NCBI GenBank assembly: GCA_050250255.1
Contig: JBFWOZ010000012.1
Span: 2,293 to 66,292, forward strand
Direction: 5' to 3'
Source of the DNA: Bdellovibrionales bacterium
GTDB taxonomy: Bacteria > Bdellovibrionota > Bdellovibrionia > Bdellovibrionales > DASUEL01
DNA: 64,000 nt
In this document: positions 63,940 to 64,000 of the stretch, piece by piece
How the letters are laid out: every line of letters starts with the position of its first letter
Position numbering within the stretch: the stretch's first letter is position 1
The notes under the pieces: model-generated
Databases searched by the model: none
What the model saw: the letters and a program-made list of their open reading frames with translations, nothing else
What the model was told of the DNA's origin: nothing
Translations under genes and position numbers: made by a program

Positions 63940-64000
63940 TTTACGTAGAAGGCGTTGGTGTAAATCCAAGGAAACCACTTCTTACCATCAGGCAGTGGGA
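63936..64000 (-). CDS. 3' end of a gene entering from the right edge
   Basis: Manual translation ...PLPDGKKWFPWIYTNAFYVN*; too short to assign a family. Confidence 0.4.
   Translation of the reverse strand, partial: PLPDGKKWFPWIYTNAFYVN

Overview
This is a gene-dense chromosomal window. Gene content and order point to a Bdellovibrionota (Bdellovibrio-like) bacterium; that assignment is an inference. Recognisable blocks: an arginine/ornithine succinyltransferase-type operon (aminotransferase, M20, astA, astD, followed by mltG) lacking astB/astE; the rpsB-tsf-pyrH-frr-uppS-cdsA-rseP-tsaB cluster with an S2/t44 leader and no dxr, continuing into an orphan MinD/FlhG ATPase, a J-like/HTH protein, rluD and pgeF; priA and galU; a sigma54-type oppABCDF operon whose OppC carries a fibronectin-III-like insertion; a cobalamin-riboswitch-controlled btuBFCD-tonB operon; nagZ; two Tad/pseudopilin-like genes; a pair of Cys/Gly-rich secreted proteins; an atypical PurD-like ATP-grasp enzyme; nadE; a deoxyhypusine-synthase-like gene; a DEDDh exonuclease and a ferredoxin. 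I saw no CRISPR array, rRNA, tRNA, IS element or prophage. Best leads: (1) a near-identical palindrome, GTCTCA-N3-TGAGAATC, about 100-117 bp upstream of sigma54-type promoters of two distant secreted-protein genes, a candidate enhancer regulon; (2) an AST operon whose M20 deacylase has D->N and E->Q changes at catalytic positions; (3) an unannotated 41-aa highly basic ORF; (4) the FN3-containing OppC. All calls come from reading motifs by eye; no database searches were run.
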